Shown: positions 9,488 to 19,788, counted from the stretch's first letter. The stretch is DNA of 64,000 nt from an uncultured archaeon (GCA_964354805.1 CAYHBD010000016.1:1-64000), one strand, 5' to 3'. Numbers and translations: made by a program. Notes: generated from the sequence alone by a model not told the origin.

Positions 9488-10573
9488 TTGAAAATGCGGA
9501 ACAGTTATTTCGTGGAGTTTTTTGTAAGCCTTGCAGTAACAGTGGCGGCTATTTTTATTCCAATTCTGGCTGAGCAGCTTGGCCTGAATTTCATAATGCT
9601 TGGATTGGTTACTGCTGCATTCAGCTTGGGCGCTTTCATAAGCTATTATGTTTTCGGCGCATTGAGTGACTTAACTGGCGACAGGAGACACATTGTCATC
9701 TTTGGATTGCTTGCCTGCGTTTTTGTTTTTCCTTTGCAAATTTTTATTGCCGACTTTCTTTCAATGCTTGTGCTTCGCTTTTTAGCAGGATTTGCAATGG
9801 GAATTTACACTTTTCCTTTGGTTGCGTTGGTTGCAGAGTATAGCAAGAAAAAGAGGGCGCTTGCTTTCCTTTCAGCAATTGGCAGCCTGGGTGCGTTCGT
9901 CGGCAGCATTGCAGCCGGCTTGGTGCTGGATTTTGCCACAATCTTTCTTCTGTCAGGCTTTTTTTGCTTAATCGGCTTGTTTTTTGCCCTGCACTTGCCT
10001 AAAGCAAAATCCCTCAAATTGAATATTTCACTTCTGCCTGTAAGGCTGATTAGAAACAACGAGGCTGTTTATTCAACCTTTTTCCTGAGGCATTTGGGCG
10101 CGAACATGGTTTGGGTTATTCTGCCATTGTACATGATTTCGCTTGGCGCTTCGCTTTTGTGGGTCGGCATATTGTATGCGGTGAACGCAATTGCGCAGGT
10201 TGCTTTTAGTGAGTTTGCGGGAAAGCTGAGCGATAAAACAAGCGAGGTCAAATTAATCAAATACGGGCTGGTTTTCTCAATAGCAGGTTTCCTCAGCTAT
10301 GCTGTTGCAACCCACTTCCTGCACCTGCTGGTTTCAGAGCTGCTGATTGCAGTGGCCTGGGCTTTCCTTTACATCGGCTGCCTGATTAACCTCACTGAAA
10401 AAAACCCTGAAAAGGCAACAGCAACAGCCCTGCTTGGAGACACAATAAGGCTGGCAATGATGCTAGGGCCGCTGCTTGGCGGCATAATCGCCTTTTTCTT
10501 CGGCTTCAGGGCAACAATAATTGCGGCTTTTTTGCTGAGCACAGCAGCGCTTGCTGTAAGCAGGAGAATATAG
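9488..10573 (+). CDS. MFS transporter
   Basis: About 12 TM helices; GALSDLTGDRR and GKLSDK motifs. Confidence 0.9.
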   Translation: MKMRNSYFVEFFVSLAVTVAAIFIPILAEQLGLNFIMLGLVTAAFSLGAFISYYVFGALSDLTGDRRHIVIFGLLACVFVFPLQIFIADFLSMLVLRFLAGFAMGIYTFPLVALVAEYSKKKRALAFLSAIGSLGAFVGSIAAGLVLDFATIFLLSGFFCLIGLFFALHLPKAKSLKLNISLLPVRLIRNNEAVYSTFFLRHLGANMVWVILPLYMISLGASLLWVGILYAVNAIAQVAFSEFAGKLSDKTSEVKLIKYGLVFSIAGFLSYAVATHFLHLLVSELLIAVAWAFLYIGCLINLTEKNPEKATATALLGDTIRLAMMLGPLLGGIIAFFFGFRATIIAAFLLSTAALAVSRRI

Positions 10574-10725
10574 CAGGCAACACAGGTTTATGAATTTTTT
10601 TTCAAATTAGCAGCTTTTGTTGCAGGCAGGAATTTGCAATTTTTTCAAAAACATTGATTTAAAACCTTTTTCGCCCTATTTTAATTGATTTAAATTTTTT
10701 TTTAATTTTCAAGGAGGTTAAAATC

Positions 10726-11319
10726 GTGTCTGGTTTGATTTTAATTGGTCTAGATTTGATTCTGCTGGCTCTTGTTGCAGTAATAGTCATAATCGTCGTG
10801 GCACTGATAGTCATCTACAACAGCCTGGTTGGATTGCAGAAGAGGGTTGAAAACGCCTGGTCGCAGATCGATGTTCAGCTGAAAAGAAGGACTGACCTGA
10901 TTCCAAATCTCATAGAAACCGTGAAGGGATATGCAAGATTCGAGAAAAAGGTTTTAACAGATGTAACAGCAGCAAGGACAGCAATGATGGGCGCAAAGTC
11001 ACCGAAAGAGAGTGCTAAGGCAGACAACATGCTTGCCGGCGCATTGAAGACAATTTTCGCTGTTGCAGAGAGCTATCCGCAGCTGAGAGCAAGCGAGAAC
11101 TTCAAGTCACTGCAGGAAGAGTTTTCCTCGACAGAGAACAAGATTGCGTACGCAAGGCAGTTCTACAACGATTCAGTAATGAGCTTCAATACGGCAATCG
11201 CACAGTTCCCGGGAAACGTTGTTTCAGGCATCTTCGGATTGAGCAAGCCAAAAGAGTTCTTTGAGATGGCAGAAGCAGAGAAAAAGCCGGTGAAAGCGGA
11301 CTTCAGCGAACTCGCATAA
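10726..11319 (+). CDS. lemA: LemA family protein
   Basis: YNSLV...NAWSQIDVQLKRR.DLIPNL, ESYPQL. Confidence 0.95.
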   Translation: MSGLILIGLDLILLALVAVIVIIVVALIVIYNSLVGLQKRVENAWSQIDVQLKRRTDLIPNLIETVKGYARFEKKVLTDVTAARTAMMGAKSPKESAKADNMLAGALKTIFAVAESYPQLRASENFKSLQEEFSSTENKIAYARQFYNDSVMSFNTAIAQFPGNVVSGIFGLSKPKEFFEMAEAEKKPVKADFSELA

Positions 11320-11442
11320 AAAGCTGCTGTAGCCAAGGCTTGAATTGCATGAACCGCGAAGGTTCTTTTCAGGCCTTGCTTAAATTTTTTCAGGCGATGG
11401 CAAGGCATAAGCTTTGCAATAAATTCCTTAAGGTGAGCTGTT

Positions 11443-12342
11443 TTGTCTTTCTATGAAGAGATTAGTGCAAACAACAGGATGACTTTTTTTCTTTTCATTG
11501 TCTTCTTCTTTTTGATACTCATACTTGGGATTGCCATATCCTATGCTTTTGGCAGCTATTTGTTTGTTCCACTTTTTGGCATAATTGCGATTATTTACAT
11601 TCTTGTTTCATATTACAACAGCGACAGGATTGTTGTCGCAATAAGCAGCGCAAAGCCGGCTGACGAGCAGCAATTCCACCAGCTGCACCACATTGTTGAG
11701 GAAATGGCTATTGCAGCCGCTTTGCCAAAGCCAAGGGTTTATGTAATTGATGACACTGCAATCAATGCCTTTGCAACAGGCAGGGATCCGGCGCACAGCG
11801 TAATATGCGTTACAACCGGCGCAGTGCAGTTCCTGAACAGGGAGGAATTAACAGGGGTTGTAGCGCACGAAATGAGCCATATCAGGAACAGGGATATAAA
11901 GGTAATGACAATGGCTGCGATTCTGGTTGGAATAACTGTTTTGTTAAGCGATTTCATGCTGAGAATGTTTTTGTACGGCGGATTCAGGGGCGGTGGCAAA
12001 AGCGAGGGAAAAGGCGGTGCTTTGGTTATTGTGGGAATCGTTGTTGCTTTGCTTCTTGCAATTCTCACCCCGTTGATTGCACAGCTGATTAATTTCGCAA
12101 TAAGCAGGAAAAGGGAATACCTGGCTGATGCAAGCGCTGTCCAGATTACGCGCTATCCTCTTGGTTTGGCAGGCGCGCTGCAGAAAATAATGAATGACAA
12201 GGAAGCCCTGGAGGCAGCGAACAAGGCAACAGCGCACTTGTACATTGCAAACCCCCTGAAGGGCCAGAAGCTTTGGATGAAGAGCATGTTCAGCACCCAT
12301 CCGCCCATAGAGGACAGGATCGCCAGGCTGCAGAAAATGTAG
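11443..12342 (+). CDS. htpX: HtpX (M48) zinc metalloprotease
   Basis: NAFATG, HEMSH, SRKREYLAD, FSTHPP. Confidence 0.95.
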   Translation: MSFYEEISANNRMTFFLFIVFFFLILILGIAISYAFGSYLFVPLFGIIAIIYILVSYYNSDRIVVAISSAKPADEQQFHQLHHIVEEMAIAAALPKPRVYVIDDTAINAFATGRDPAHSVICVTTGAVQFLNREELTGVVAHEMSHIRNRDIKVMTMAAILVGITVLLSDFMLRMFLYGGFRGGGKSEGKGGALVIVGIVVALLLAILTPLIAQLINFAISRKREYLADASAVQITRYPLGLAGALQKIMNDKEALEAANKATAHLYIANPLKGQKLWMKSMFSTHPPIEDRIARLQKM

Positions 12343-12438
12343 CGTGGCTTGAATTGTAGGATTAGTTGGTCTGGCTGAAAAAATTACTGGGGATTTAGTT
12401 TTTTTGAAACAGGGCTTATTTGAGTTATGCTGCTGCAG

Positions 12439-12843
12439 CTATTTTTTCTTGTTTGGTTTTTTTGCCTGTTTTATGCCTTCCATTATTTTGTCCTTGCTTG
12501 CGATTCCAACTCCAAGGTAGAAAATAATCAGCACGCTTACCCAGATTGAAATCAGCTCATATCTGTCACCTGTAAGAATAAGTATCAGCAGCGGGCACCA
12601 TATTGCGAGGAAAGCTGTCTGCATTATTAAATAAATCTTGTAGCCTTTTTGCCAGTGCGCTCCAACGCCATGGTGAATCCATGCCCCCAATGCTGCATTC
12701 AGCAGGACCAATGCTCCGATACTCAAGGGGATTAAATGGTATGCCCTGAAGTAAAGGATTGCGAAAAGGCTGGCAAGCCATGCAATCATTATAACGAATT
12801 CGTCAATGCTGAACAAAATCTTTTTTCCCTGTGGTGTGCCCAT
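12439..12843 (-). CDS. Hypothetical membrane protein
   Basis: Four hydrophobic segments. Confidence 0.65.
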   Translation of the reverse strand: MGTPQGKKILFSIDEFVIMIAWLASLFAILYFRAYHLIPLSIGALVLLNAALGAWIHHGVGAHWQKGYKIYLIMQTAFLAIWCPLLILILTGDRYELISIWVSVLIIFYLGVGIASKDKIMEGIKQAKKPNKKK

Positions 12844-12897
12844 ATTAATCCACTAACATATACAATTTTGCCCTATTTAAATTTTGCTGCCTTGGTT

Positions 12898-14856
12898 TTA
12901 GCCTGCTCCTCCGCCTCCACCGCCCCCTCCGCCTCCGCCACCGCCACCAAAACCGCCACCGCCGCTTGTAGCCGAGGCAGAGGCAAACGCAGAGGAAAAA
13001 GCGCCTGCCATTGAGCCAATGCCCATTGTGCTGAACGCAGCATACTGCCCTGCAAAAATGTGCCCTTGGTATTGCCCTTTCAGTCCCTCAAATGCATGGT
13101 CCATTGCCTTCTGCACTGTTTTTGCAACTCCCAAAGGGATGCTGTAAACAAGGTATTTTTCCCACAGGATAATTGCGTCAGGTGGCATGTTGCGCAGATT
13201 GCTGAAATCGCCCAGGAATTTCTTTAACAGCTTCCACCTTTTGTAATGCAGTGCTCCCTTCTCTGTCCTGTTCGGCAGGGCATCTGGGAAAGCAGCTGCA
13301 AGCGCAGCCGCCTCAACTGCTATAAAAAATATGAGAACAGGCTGCACAAAAAAAGATGCTGCCGCAAGAGCTGCTGTTCCGCCAATGAACGGCAGGAAAG
13401 CAGTTTTATTGCCGAAAAAGCCCTCTGCCTCTGCCTCTTCCTTGACTGTGTTCTGCCATAGCTCGGCAAAAGCCCTGCTTCTGAGCCTATCAGCCAAAAG
13501 ATATTTCTTTAGTTCCTCAAGCGTAACCATGTCCGGCGTTTCATCAGATACCTGCTTCTTGAAAATGATTCCCTCATACTTTGTTGCAGCCGCTTCCGAT
13601 AGCAAATCAAAGATCCTTTGCTCGCTTTCAGGCAGGCCAGTCATTGACCTGTCCAGAATGCGTATTTCAAAGTTGTCCTTTCCGAACACACCCAAGAATT
13701 TTTCTTTTTTTATCGGCGTTATCTGCAGCTTTCCCTTCAGGCACAAATCAAGGATTTCCGCTGTAATTGATTCAAGCTTTGGCTTTTTGCTGAGCTGGTG
13801 GGTTAAAGCATCAACCACAGCCGGGCTGTAATCGTATGGTACTTCCCTTTCATAAATTGCCTCGTGCAGAACAACTGGCTCCCTGCCAAAGAAATGCCAG
13901 CACAACGCAAAAACAATAATCTCAGCCACCGAGAATAAAATGGAAAGAAAAGCTCCAGCGAACAAAAATACTGGTAAAAGGAACAAAGCGCACATGGCCA
14001 ACCCAGCGATTATTGCAAAAAATGCCCTTGAAATAATCGTAACTTTTTCAGAGAAAATCCTTGACAGAATGCCCACAATTATTATGAGCACAAACATCAT
14101 CATGTAAATGCCGGCGAAAAAATCAAAGCCCTTAAATATGGCATCAAAGCTGCCGAGTGCAGCGCTTGGTTTCCAGTTTTTTTCCTCTTCAATTATGCTT
14201 TGCAGCCCTGGCTTGTTTAAAGCAATTGCCTGTTCAGTGCTTTGCAGCAGCTGCATTGGGAAAGCAATCCTTATTTCAACCCACTGACCGCTTGGCACGT
14301 TGAATGTTTGGAAAATAAGTTTCCTGTTTTCAACCAAGCCGATTTTTCCGTTCAGCGCTGGGTGCCCCCAGCTGTAAACCTCTTTCGGGTCATTTACGGC
14401 GGCAGGCAGCTCTATTTCGCCGTACAATTCAGCCAGGCTGTTTTCCCAGCTGCTGCCCCAGACCTTCCAGTAGAATTCTGCAACATCGCTGTACGCTTTC
14501 ACTGCCCCACTTAAATCGTATTTTATTGTAAACGTTCTTGTTTCATTCTGTGCGCTGTAATACCATTTTATTCTAGTGCTGCTGCCCTGGTCAATGGTAT
14601 CGAATTGCAGTGGCATTGAGCCTTCAAGCACTTGCACATTGTTCAGCTGCCATTCGCCCTTTTCTATGTCCCTGTACGCAAAAGTGAAGTTGCCGTTGAA
14701 ATTGAATGTTATCTCCTCTTTTGCCTCAACCAGGCCGTCAGGATTTATTTTGTAGTAAACATCTGCTTTTTCAAGCGAGTATGTTTTCGCTGCCGCATTT
14801 AAGGCAGTGCATAAAAGCAGGAAAAGCAAAAGCGCAACCAAAATCTTTTTTTGCAT
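12898..14856 (-). CDS. DUF2207 family membrane protein
   Basis: Signal peptide, WEKYLVY..LGV, Gly-rich tail. Confidence 0.85.
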   Translation of the reverse strand: MQKKILVALLLFLLLCTALNAAAKTYSLEKADVYYKINPDGLVEAKEEITFNFNGNFTFAYRDIEKGEWQLNNVQVLEGSMPLQFDTIDQGSSTRIKWYYSAQNETRTFTIKYDLSGAVKAYSDVAEFYWKVWGSSWENSLAELYGEIELPAAVNDPKEVYSWGHPALNGKIGLVENRKLIFQTFNVPSGQWVEIRIAFPMQLLQSTEQAIALNKPGLQSIIEEEKNWKPSAALGSFDAIFKGFDFFAGIYMMMFVLIIIVGILSRIFSEKVTIISRAFFAIIAGLAMCALFLLPVFLFAGAFLSILFSVAEIIVFALCWHFFGREPVVLHEAIYEREVPYDYSPAVVDALTHQLSKKPKLESITAEILDLCLKGKLQITPIKKEKFLGVFGKDNFEIRILDRSMTGLPESEQRIFDLLSEAAATKYEGIIFKKQVSDETPDMVTLEELKKYLLADRLRSRAFAELWQNTVKEEAEAEGFFGNKTAFLPFIGGTAALAAASFFVQPVLIFFIAVEAAALAAAFPDALPNRTEKGALHYKRWKLLKKFLGDFSNLRNMPPDAIILWEKYLVYSIPLGVAKTVQKAMDHAFEGLKGQYQGHIFAGQYAAFSTMGIGSMAGAFSSAFASASATSGGGGFGGGGGGGGGGGGGGAG

Positions 14857-14899
14857 TTTATTAAAAAAGTATGCAAGTTATTAAATATTCTTTACCCGT

Positions 14900-16225
14900 T
14901 TACCCGATGACCTTTTCCAAAATGAATTCCGGATCAAATTTCTGCAATTGCTTGTACAGCTGCCCTGTTCCAACAAACAAAACAGGCTTGCGCATTTTGT
15001 ATAAGAGTGAAATTGTTGTCCCCCCCTTTGCATCGCAGTCAATTTTTGTCAAAACAAAAGCATCAATGCCAACCATTTTATCGTACTCCGCTGCCTGCTG
15101 CAGCAGCGCCTGCCCTGTGAACGCTTCCCCAACGTAAATTTTAAGGTCTGGCTTTATCACCCTGACAATCTTCTGCAGCTCCATCATCAGGTTCCTGTTT
15201 GTTTCCTGCCTTCCGGCGCTGTCAATCAAAACCACATCAATCTTTTTTGCCTCAGCTGCTTTCACTGCATCGAATGCAACAGCTGCTGGGTCAGCACCGT
15301 ACTGGTGTTTTATAACCCGCACCCCAAGCTTGCCTGCGTGTTTTTCCAATTGCTCAATGCTTGCAGCCCTGAATGTATCGCCGGCAGCCCAAATCACCTG
15401 TTGCCCGCTGTTTTGAAGCAGGTAGGTGAGCTTTGCAATCGTTGTTGTTTTTCCAGCACCGTTCGGGCCAAGAAAAAGAATTTTGTAAGGCTTTTCTTTT
15501 TTTGCATGCACTGCCTTCAATAAATCAGTTTCCTCTGTCTGCATCATCTGCAGCAGAATTTCCTTAATCTCTTTTTTTATCGCAGCTTCCAGGTTCTCTT
15601 TTCTCCCGATTTTTTTCCCAGCCAGCCTTTTACTTATTTCAGCGCAGATCTCTTCCGCTGTTGTCTGCTCAACATCGGCTTCCAGCAGCGCAAGTAGCAG
15701 CTCTTCCAAAAGCGGCTGCAGCTCTTTTTCCTCTAACTCAACTGCCCCCTTTATCGCTGCTTTTAATTTCCCCCTAATTGAAACCCTGGGCTTTATCTCC
15801 CTTATCTTTTCAGCAGGCCTCTCAATTGCAGCAGGCTGCTCTATTTCAGGCGGAGCAGCGATTTCTTCTTCTTCAATGGCAGCTGCTTCTCTTTCCTCTT
15901 TCGCAGGTGCTTCCTCTTCAATAAGCTGTTCTTCTTTTTCCGGCTCTTCTTCGATTGCCGGTTCTTTTTCTGCCTGAGCGCTTTCTTCCAATTCAATTTC
16001 TTTTTCAATTGCAGATTCTTTTTCCTCTTCCGTTAGTTCTTCCGCAATTTCAGCTGCCCGCTTCTCTTTTTTAACAGAAATAGTTTTTTTGGCGGCCGGT
16101 TTTTCTTTTTCAGGCGCTTCTTTTTCAACAACTTTTTCCTTTTCGGCGGTTTCTTCTTTTTTTACTACTTTTTCAGATACCCTTTGCGCAAATTGCTGGA
16201 TTTTCTTTTTCAGCAGGTCGAACAA
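14900..16225 (-). CDS. ftsY: SRP receptor FtsY
   Basis: Acidic N-terminus; GPNGAGKTTT, DTFRAA, DSAGR. Confidence 0.97.
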   Translation of the reverse strand: MFDLLKKKIQQFAQRVSEKVVKKEETAEKEKVVEKEAPEKEKPAAKKTISVKKEKRAAEIAEELTEEEKESAIEKEIELEESAQAEKEPAIEEEPEKEEQLIEEEAPAKEEREAAAIEEEEIAAPPEIEQPAAIERPAEKIREIKPRVSIRGKLKAAIKGAVELEEKELQPLLEELLLALLEADVEQTTAEEICAEISKRLAGKKIGRKENLEAAIKKEIKEILLQMMQTEETDLLKAVHAKKEKPYKILFLGPNGAGKTTTIAKLTYLLQNSGQQVIWAAGDTFRAASIEQLEKHAGKLGVRVIKHQYGADPAAVAFDAVKAAEAKKIDVVLIDSAGRQETNRNLMMELQKIVRVIKPDLKIYVGEAFTGQALLQQAAEYDKMVGIDAFVLTKIDCDAKGGTTISLLYKMRKPVLFVGTGQLYKQLQKFDPEFILEKVIG

Positions 16226-16226
16226 T

Positions 16227-16721
16227 TCAGCTCACGCTTCTTGGGTCGCTGTCCTGTGCAGGCTGGCGTTTCACGTTCTGTTCGGAAATTTTCTGCCTTA
16301 CCTGCCTGAAGATGTTCTCAAAGTTTTGGATATTCCTAAGTGTTGCCTGCTGTTCACTGAATGTTTCTCTGATGCTTGCTTCAACTTTTTCCCTTTCACC
16401 CTGCAGTTTTTTTTCCGCTGCCTCGCTTTCTTCATCCAAGAGAACATTGCCGGCAAGGCTTGTTTTCACTTTGCTGGTGCCGCCGATTTTTGCTTCAGCG
16501 TAAACCCCTGCCCCGAGCGAAACCAGGATGTTTTCCTCTTTCTTTGTTTTCCTCAGCTCTTTTACAGCTTCCTCGGCTGTAACGATTTCGTTTAAAACCA
16601 GCTGCATTTCCTGCATTCTTCTCTGCAAAAAATCCATTTTCGCCTGCTCGTTCCTGTAGGAATCCATCAACTGCTGTTCGCTTAACCTAACTTCTTTTTT
16701 CTCGGACATATCTTTATTCAA
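16227..16721 (-). CDS. pfdA: Prefoldin alpha subunit
   Basis: ILVSLGAGVY hairpin between coiled coils; conserved synteny. Confidence 0.9.
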   Translation of the reverse strand: MNKDMSEKKEVRLSEQQLMDSYRNEQAKMDFLQRRMQEMQLVLNEIVTAEEAVKELRKTKKEENILVSLGAGVYAEAKIGGTSKVKTSLAGNVLLDEESEAAEKKLQGEREKVEASIRETFSEQQATLRNIQNFENIFRQVRQKISEQNVKRQPAQDSDPRSVS

Positions 16722-16830
16722 CCCCTTTAATTTTTTTTTTACTCTCCGGCTTATTTTTCCGTGTTTTTTTACATCTTTTAAATACTCTTTATTTTTCTGT
16801 TTTTTTCTTTTTTCGCCTCTTTAAATTCTT

Positions 16831-17046
16831 TTATTTTCTGGCATCTTTTTTCTTTGTTTCCTCTGCCTCTTTTACCTCACGTAAGAATACATTGTTTCTT
16901 TTTAACTTGTTTTTGCTTCCAAACAGGCACAGCACTTTTTCAGCTGCAAAAGCGCTGCTTTCTGCCTTCACCTTTTTGCTGAAAGCCTGCTTTTTTCCCT
17001 TTACTGCTATTTCGCCTTCAACCAAAAAAACCTTTTCCTCAGCCAT
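16831..17046 (-). CDS. rplX: 50S ribosomal protein LX (eL20/L18a)
   Basis: FLVEG...FGSKNKLKR; synteny. Confidence 0.9.
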   Translation of the reverse strand: MAEEKVFLVEGEIAVKGKKQAFSKKVKAESSAFAAEKVLCLFGSKNKLKRNNVFLREVKEAEETKKKDARK

Positions 17047-17110
17047 TTTCCATTCACCCTGTGTTCCGCCATCATTCGCCAATTCAAAAACTGTTGTTTC
17101 TTCAATCCCC

Positions 17111-17776
17111 TCAAGTTCCGCTCAATCCTTCCTCAATCCGCATTAATTCGTGCGTTGTTGTATGCGCTCCAGCCAGTGCTGCCTGGCTGTTTGCTATAAC
17201 GCTGTTTGCAATGAATGCATCCCCGTGGTTTGCTGTTGCGAAAGCAGTTGGCAAGCCAAAGTGCTTTTTTATTGCATTTGTTTCCTTTTCCTGGGCGTGC
17301 GGGTTGAGCAGAAAGCCCTTGTCTGTTGCAAGGCAGCTTGCGCCAACCAAATCGCTTTCAGCAATTGTTGCAGGCATTAACTCAATTGAAAGAAAGCGAG
17401 CAATCTCTTTCCGCTGCTTTTCGCTGAATGCGTGCTTTGCGCAGATTCCCTTGCTGTCGTTCACTGCTATAAGGTTTCCAAGCGCGCTGATTTCTTCAAT
17501 CACCTTTACCCTTATCCCGTTTCGCTGCAGCGCATTCACCTCATACTGTTCGGCAATCTTCGGCAAAACAATGCCCCTGCTGTTTGCAATTGCAAGCGCG
17601 CCAAGCAGGTTGCTGTTTGCTACAGTTGCCTGCATTACCTCCGCATCAAACAATTGCCGCACCGTACTCATCTCCCGCTTTGTTGTTGCAGCCGGAACAA
17701 AAACAATTTTTTCGGTTGCAATAGCGAAAATCCCGACAAAAGGGCTTTGCCTGATTGTCCCAAGCTCTATCTTCAT
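17111..17776 (-). CDS. eif6: Translation initiation factor 6
   Basis: SPFVGIF, LGNLIAVND, VIANS; synteny. Confidence 0.92.
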   Translation of the reverse strand: MKIELGTIRQSPFVGIFAIATEKIVFVPAATTKREMSTVRQLFDAEVMQATVANSNLLGALAIANSRGIVLPKIAEQYEVNALQRNGIRVKVIEEISALGNLIAVNDSKGICAKHAFSEKQRKEIARFLSIELMPATIAESDLVGASCLATDKGFLLNPHAQEKETNAIKKHFGLPTAFATANHGDAFIANSVIANSQAALAGAHTTTHELMRIEEGLSGT

Positions 17777-17823
17777 AAGCCTTTTTCACTCCGTGAAAAA
17801 TCCTTGGGAAAATTTGCTTCGCA
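17777..17823 (+). repeat. Hairpin element copy A
   Basis: AAGCCTTTTTCAC-TCC-GTGAAAAATCCTT followed by GGGAAAATTTGCTTCGCA. Confidence 0.8.
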
Positions 17824-17870
17824 TCAGCCAACCCCTATTTTTTAATTGCTTCCTTTCGCCCGCACCCTGA

Positions 17871-18317
17871 TTACATTCTCCCTCTTTTTATTGCGCTTGT
17901 ATCTGCTGCCCTTTCAACAAGCCTTTTCTCTCCTTTCTTTCTCTCCCTTTCCTCTTCAGCTTTCTTTTCGTCCTCTGTTTTCTTTTCCTCTTTCTTTTCC
18001 TTCTTTTTCTCTTCCTTTGGCAGCTCGATTTTCTCGTTTTGCATGAAAACGTTTGCCTTGCCCTTGTCTAAAATGATTTTTATTGAAATCTTTCTTGGAA
18101 CGCTCTCCCTTCCGTGCTTCCATATTTCTTCGTTCACCTTGTTGCTCAGCAGAACAAACTCCGGATTGATTCTCGTGTGCTTTGTAACTGTTCTTTTAAT
18201 GAAAGAAATCGCCTTTATTGTCCGCTCGTTTCTCTTGAAATGGAACACATGCCTCAAGCTGATAGTAAGATTTTTTTCAATCGCAGGCAACCCCTTTTCC
18301 TTTTTCTTCTCAGCCAT
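17871..18317 (-). CDS. rpl31e: 50S ribosomal protein eL31 with charged C-terminal extension
   Basis: TISLR...RTIKAI...VNEEIWKHG..PRKI. Confidence 0.92.
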   Translation of the reverse strand: MAEKKKEKGLPAIEKNLTISLRHVFHFKRNERTIKAISFIKRTVTKHTRINPEFVLLSNKVNEEIWKHGRESVPRKISIKIILDKGKANVFMQNEKIELPKEEKKKEKKEEKKTEDEKKAEEERERKKGEKRLVERAADTSAIKRGRM

Positions 18318-18354
18318 AACCCTCACTTAAATTTTTTCCCTCGCTTGCTGTCCT

Positions 18355-18576
18355 CTACTCGTTCTGTCTCCGCAGCGCGGCTTTTTCCTTGTGCTTTCTC
18401 CGCCTGTACATTTTTCCAAGGTCAACCTCTTTCCAGGCTCTCTTTGCTTTTGGGTTCCATATTCTCTTGCCCGCCTTCTGCAGCACCCAAACAGGCGCGT
18501 TGGTGAAGCCAGGGCCTATTTTTTTCCTGCTGGCAATCAAAAAATCCTTGAATTCCTGATCCTTATTTTTTGCCAT
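18355..18576 (-). CDS. rpl39e: 50S ribosomal protein eL39 (extended)
   Basis: APVWVLQK...KRAWK; synteny. Confidence 0.8.
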   Translation of the reverse strand: MAKNKDQEFKDFLIASRKKIGPGFTNAPVWVLQKAGKRIWNPKAKRAWKEVDLGKMYRRRKHKEKAALRRQNE

Positions 18577-18686
18577 AAAAAATCACATTCATTTTTTTTT
18601 TAATAAAAATTATTTTTCCTTTTATTTCATTTTTTCCCTTGCGCATTTTTTTTTATTTTCTCCTTTTTTCCCCTGCAATTGCCCAA

Positions 18687-18992
18687 TCATTTTCTCCTTA
18701 TCGTTATTTCCCTTTTGTTGCGCAGCGTTTGCAGCAATTGCAGCAGTTGTGCTTCGCTGATTTTTTCCCGGATTTTTCCGCTGTTGTAAAGGTAAATTAT
18801 TGCCTGCACTGCCTTCATGTACAACTCGCTGTTAACAAGCTTTACATTGTTCAGCCTTTCCCTGGCAGAGTCATCAAGCAATGTTTTAACAACCCTGTTC
18901 AGCTGCGCTTCGGCTTCAAGCGCTTTCTGCCTTTCAAGCAATTGCTTGCGCAGCCCAGCGAGCTGTTCTTCTTCAGAGTTATTTTCATCCAT
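18687..18992 (-). CDS. PDCD5-like DNA-binding protein
   Basis: LLDDSARERLNNVKL...REITIRRK; synteny. Confidence 0.9.
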   Translation of the reverse strand: MDENNSEEEQLAGLRKQLLERQKALEAEAQLNRVVKTLLDDSARERLNNVKLVNSELYMKAVQAIIYLYNSGKIREKISEAQLLQLLQTLRNKREITIRRK

Positions 18993-18998
18993 TGCAAC

Positions 18999-19598
18999 TC
19001 ACGCGCCCTCTTTCGCTTTTTCGCCCTCCTTCTCCTTTTTCTCAGCATGGTGCTTTTCTTTTTCTTTCTCTTCAGCCGGTTTGTGGGGCTGCTCTATTTT
19101 TTTCAGTGCATCAGCAACCATTTTCTCTTCTGCTGTTTTCTCAACGGGCTTTCTCTGTTCAACAGCCTCTTTTTTTGCCGCTTCCTTCAAAATCGCTTCA
19201 ACCTGTTTTGCTTTCTTGTTCAAAAAATTCTGGCCCTTTCCTGAAACAACCCTGCCCTTTTTCACTTTCTTGATGTAACCATGCTTCTCCAGCAGTTGCA
19301 GGCAGGTTCTGGCAATTTTGCCGCTTGACTTGTAAAAATGGTGTTTTTGGGTTCCCCTTGCCTTTCTGCCGCCGTAGTATGTCCGCAGTGATTCTGTTCC
19401 AACAGGGCCGTCCTTGAAAACCCTGTACAAAACGCTTGCAAGCCTAACTTGAAACCAGTCAACCCTGTCCGGGGCCCTCTCCCTGTGCATGCCTGTTTTT
19501 GCAAACACGCTCCAGGCAGGCGCATGCATGCCCTGCTGCTTAAAGTCCTTAGCAATCTCATCAATCAATGCAGTTGCCGGAACATCAAAAATTCCCAG
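18999..19598 (-). CDS. rps19e: 30S ribosomal protein eS19, probable CTG start
   Basis: PAWSVFAKTG..RERAP..DWF, YGGRK; CTG at 19598 behind a GGTGA Shine-Dalgarno gives MGIFDVPATALI. Confidence 0.93.
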   Translation of the reverse strand: MGIFDVPATALIDEIAKDFKQQGMHAPAWSVFAKTGMHRERAPDRVDWFQVRLASVLYRVFKDGPVGTESLRTYYGGRKARGTQKHHFYKSSGKIARTCLQLLEKHGYIKKVKKGRVVSGKGQNFLNKKAKQVEAILKEAAKKEAVEQRKPVEKTAEEKMVADALKKIEQPHKPAEEKEKEKHHAEKKEKEGEKAKEGA

Positions 19599-19788
19599 AA
19601 ATCATCACCTTTAAAACGCCTCGCGGCGCATTTGCTCAAATCCCCGCATTTTGCAGGGACAAGCTTCCAAAAATAGAAGCTTATACCAATTTCCCGCCTG
19701 AAAGCTTTAAAAATGCTACTTTTTCGCCCCTTTCCCCCTCTTGAAAGAGAATCACGTTTTGGGTTCGGCGAATATTATTTTTTTGTTT

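Noticed and set aside
11333-11390. Hairpin after lemA containing AAGCCTTGG on the minus strand
   Set aside because: Lacks the CCTTT/AAAG core and the C-C mismatch; at most a distant relative, so not counted
12898-12965. GC-rich CCGCC tandem repeats
   Set aside because: Encode the normal Gly-rich tail of DUF2207 proteins
14891-14906. 8-bp tandem duplication at the ftsY stop (also TAAGCCT twice at 27392)
   Set aside because: Too short to separate from slippage or chance
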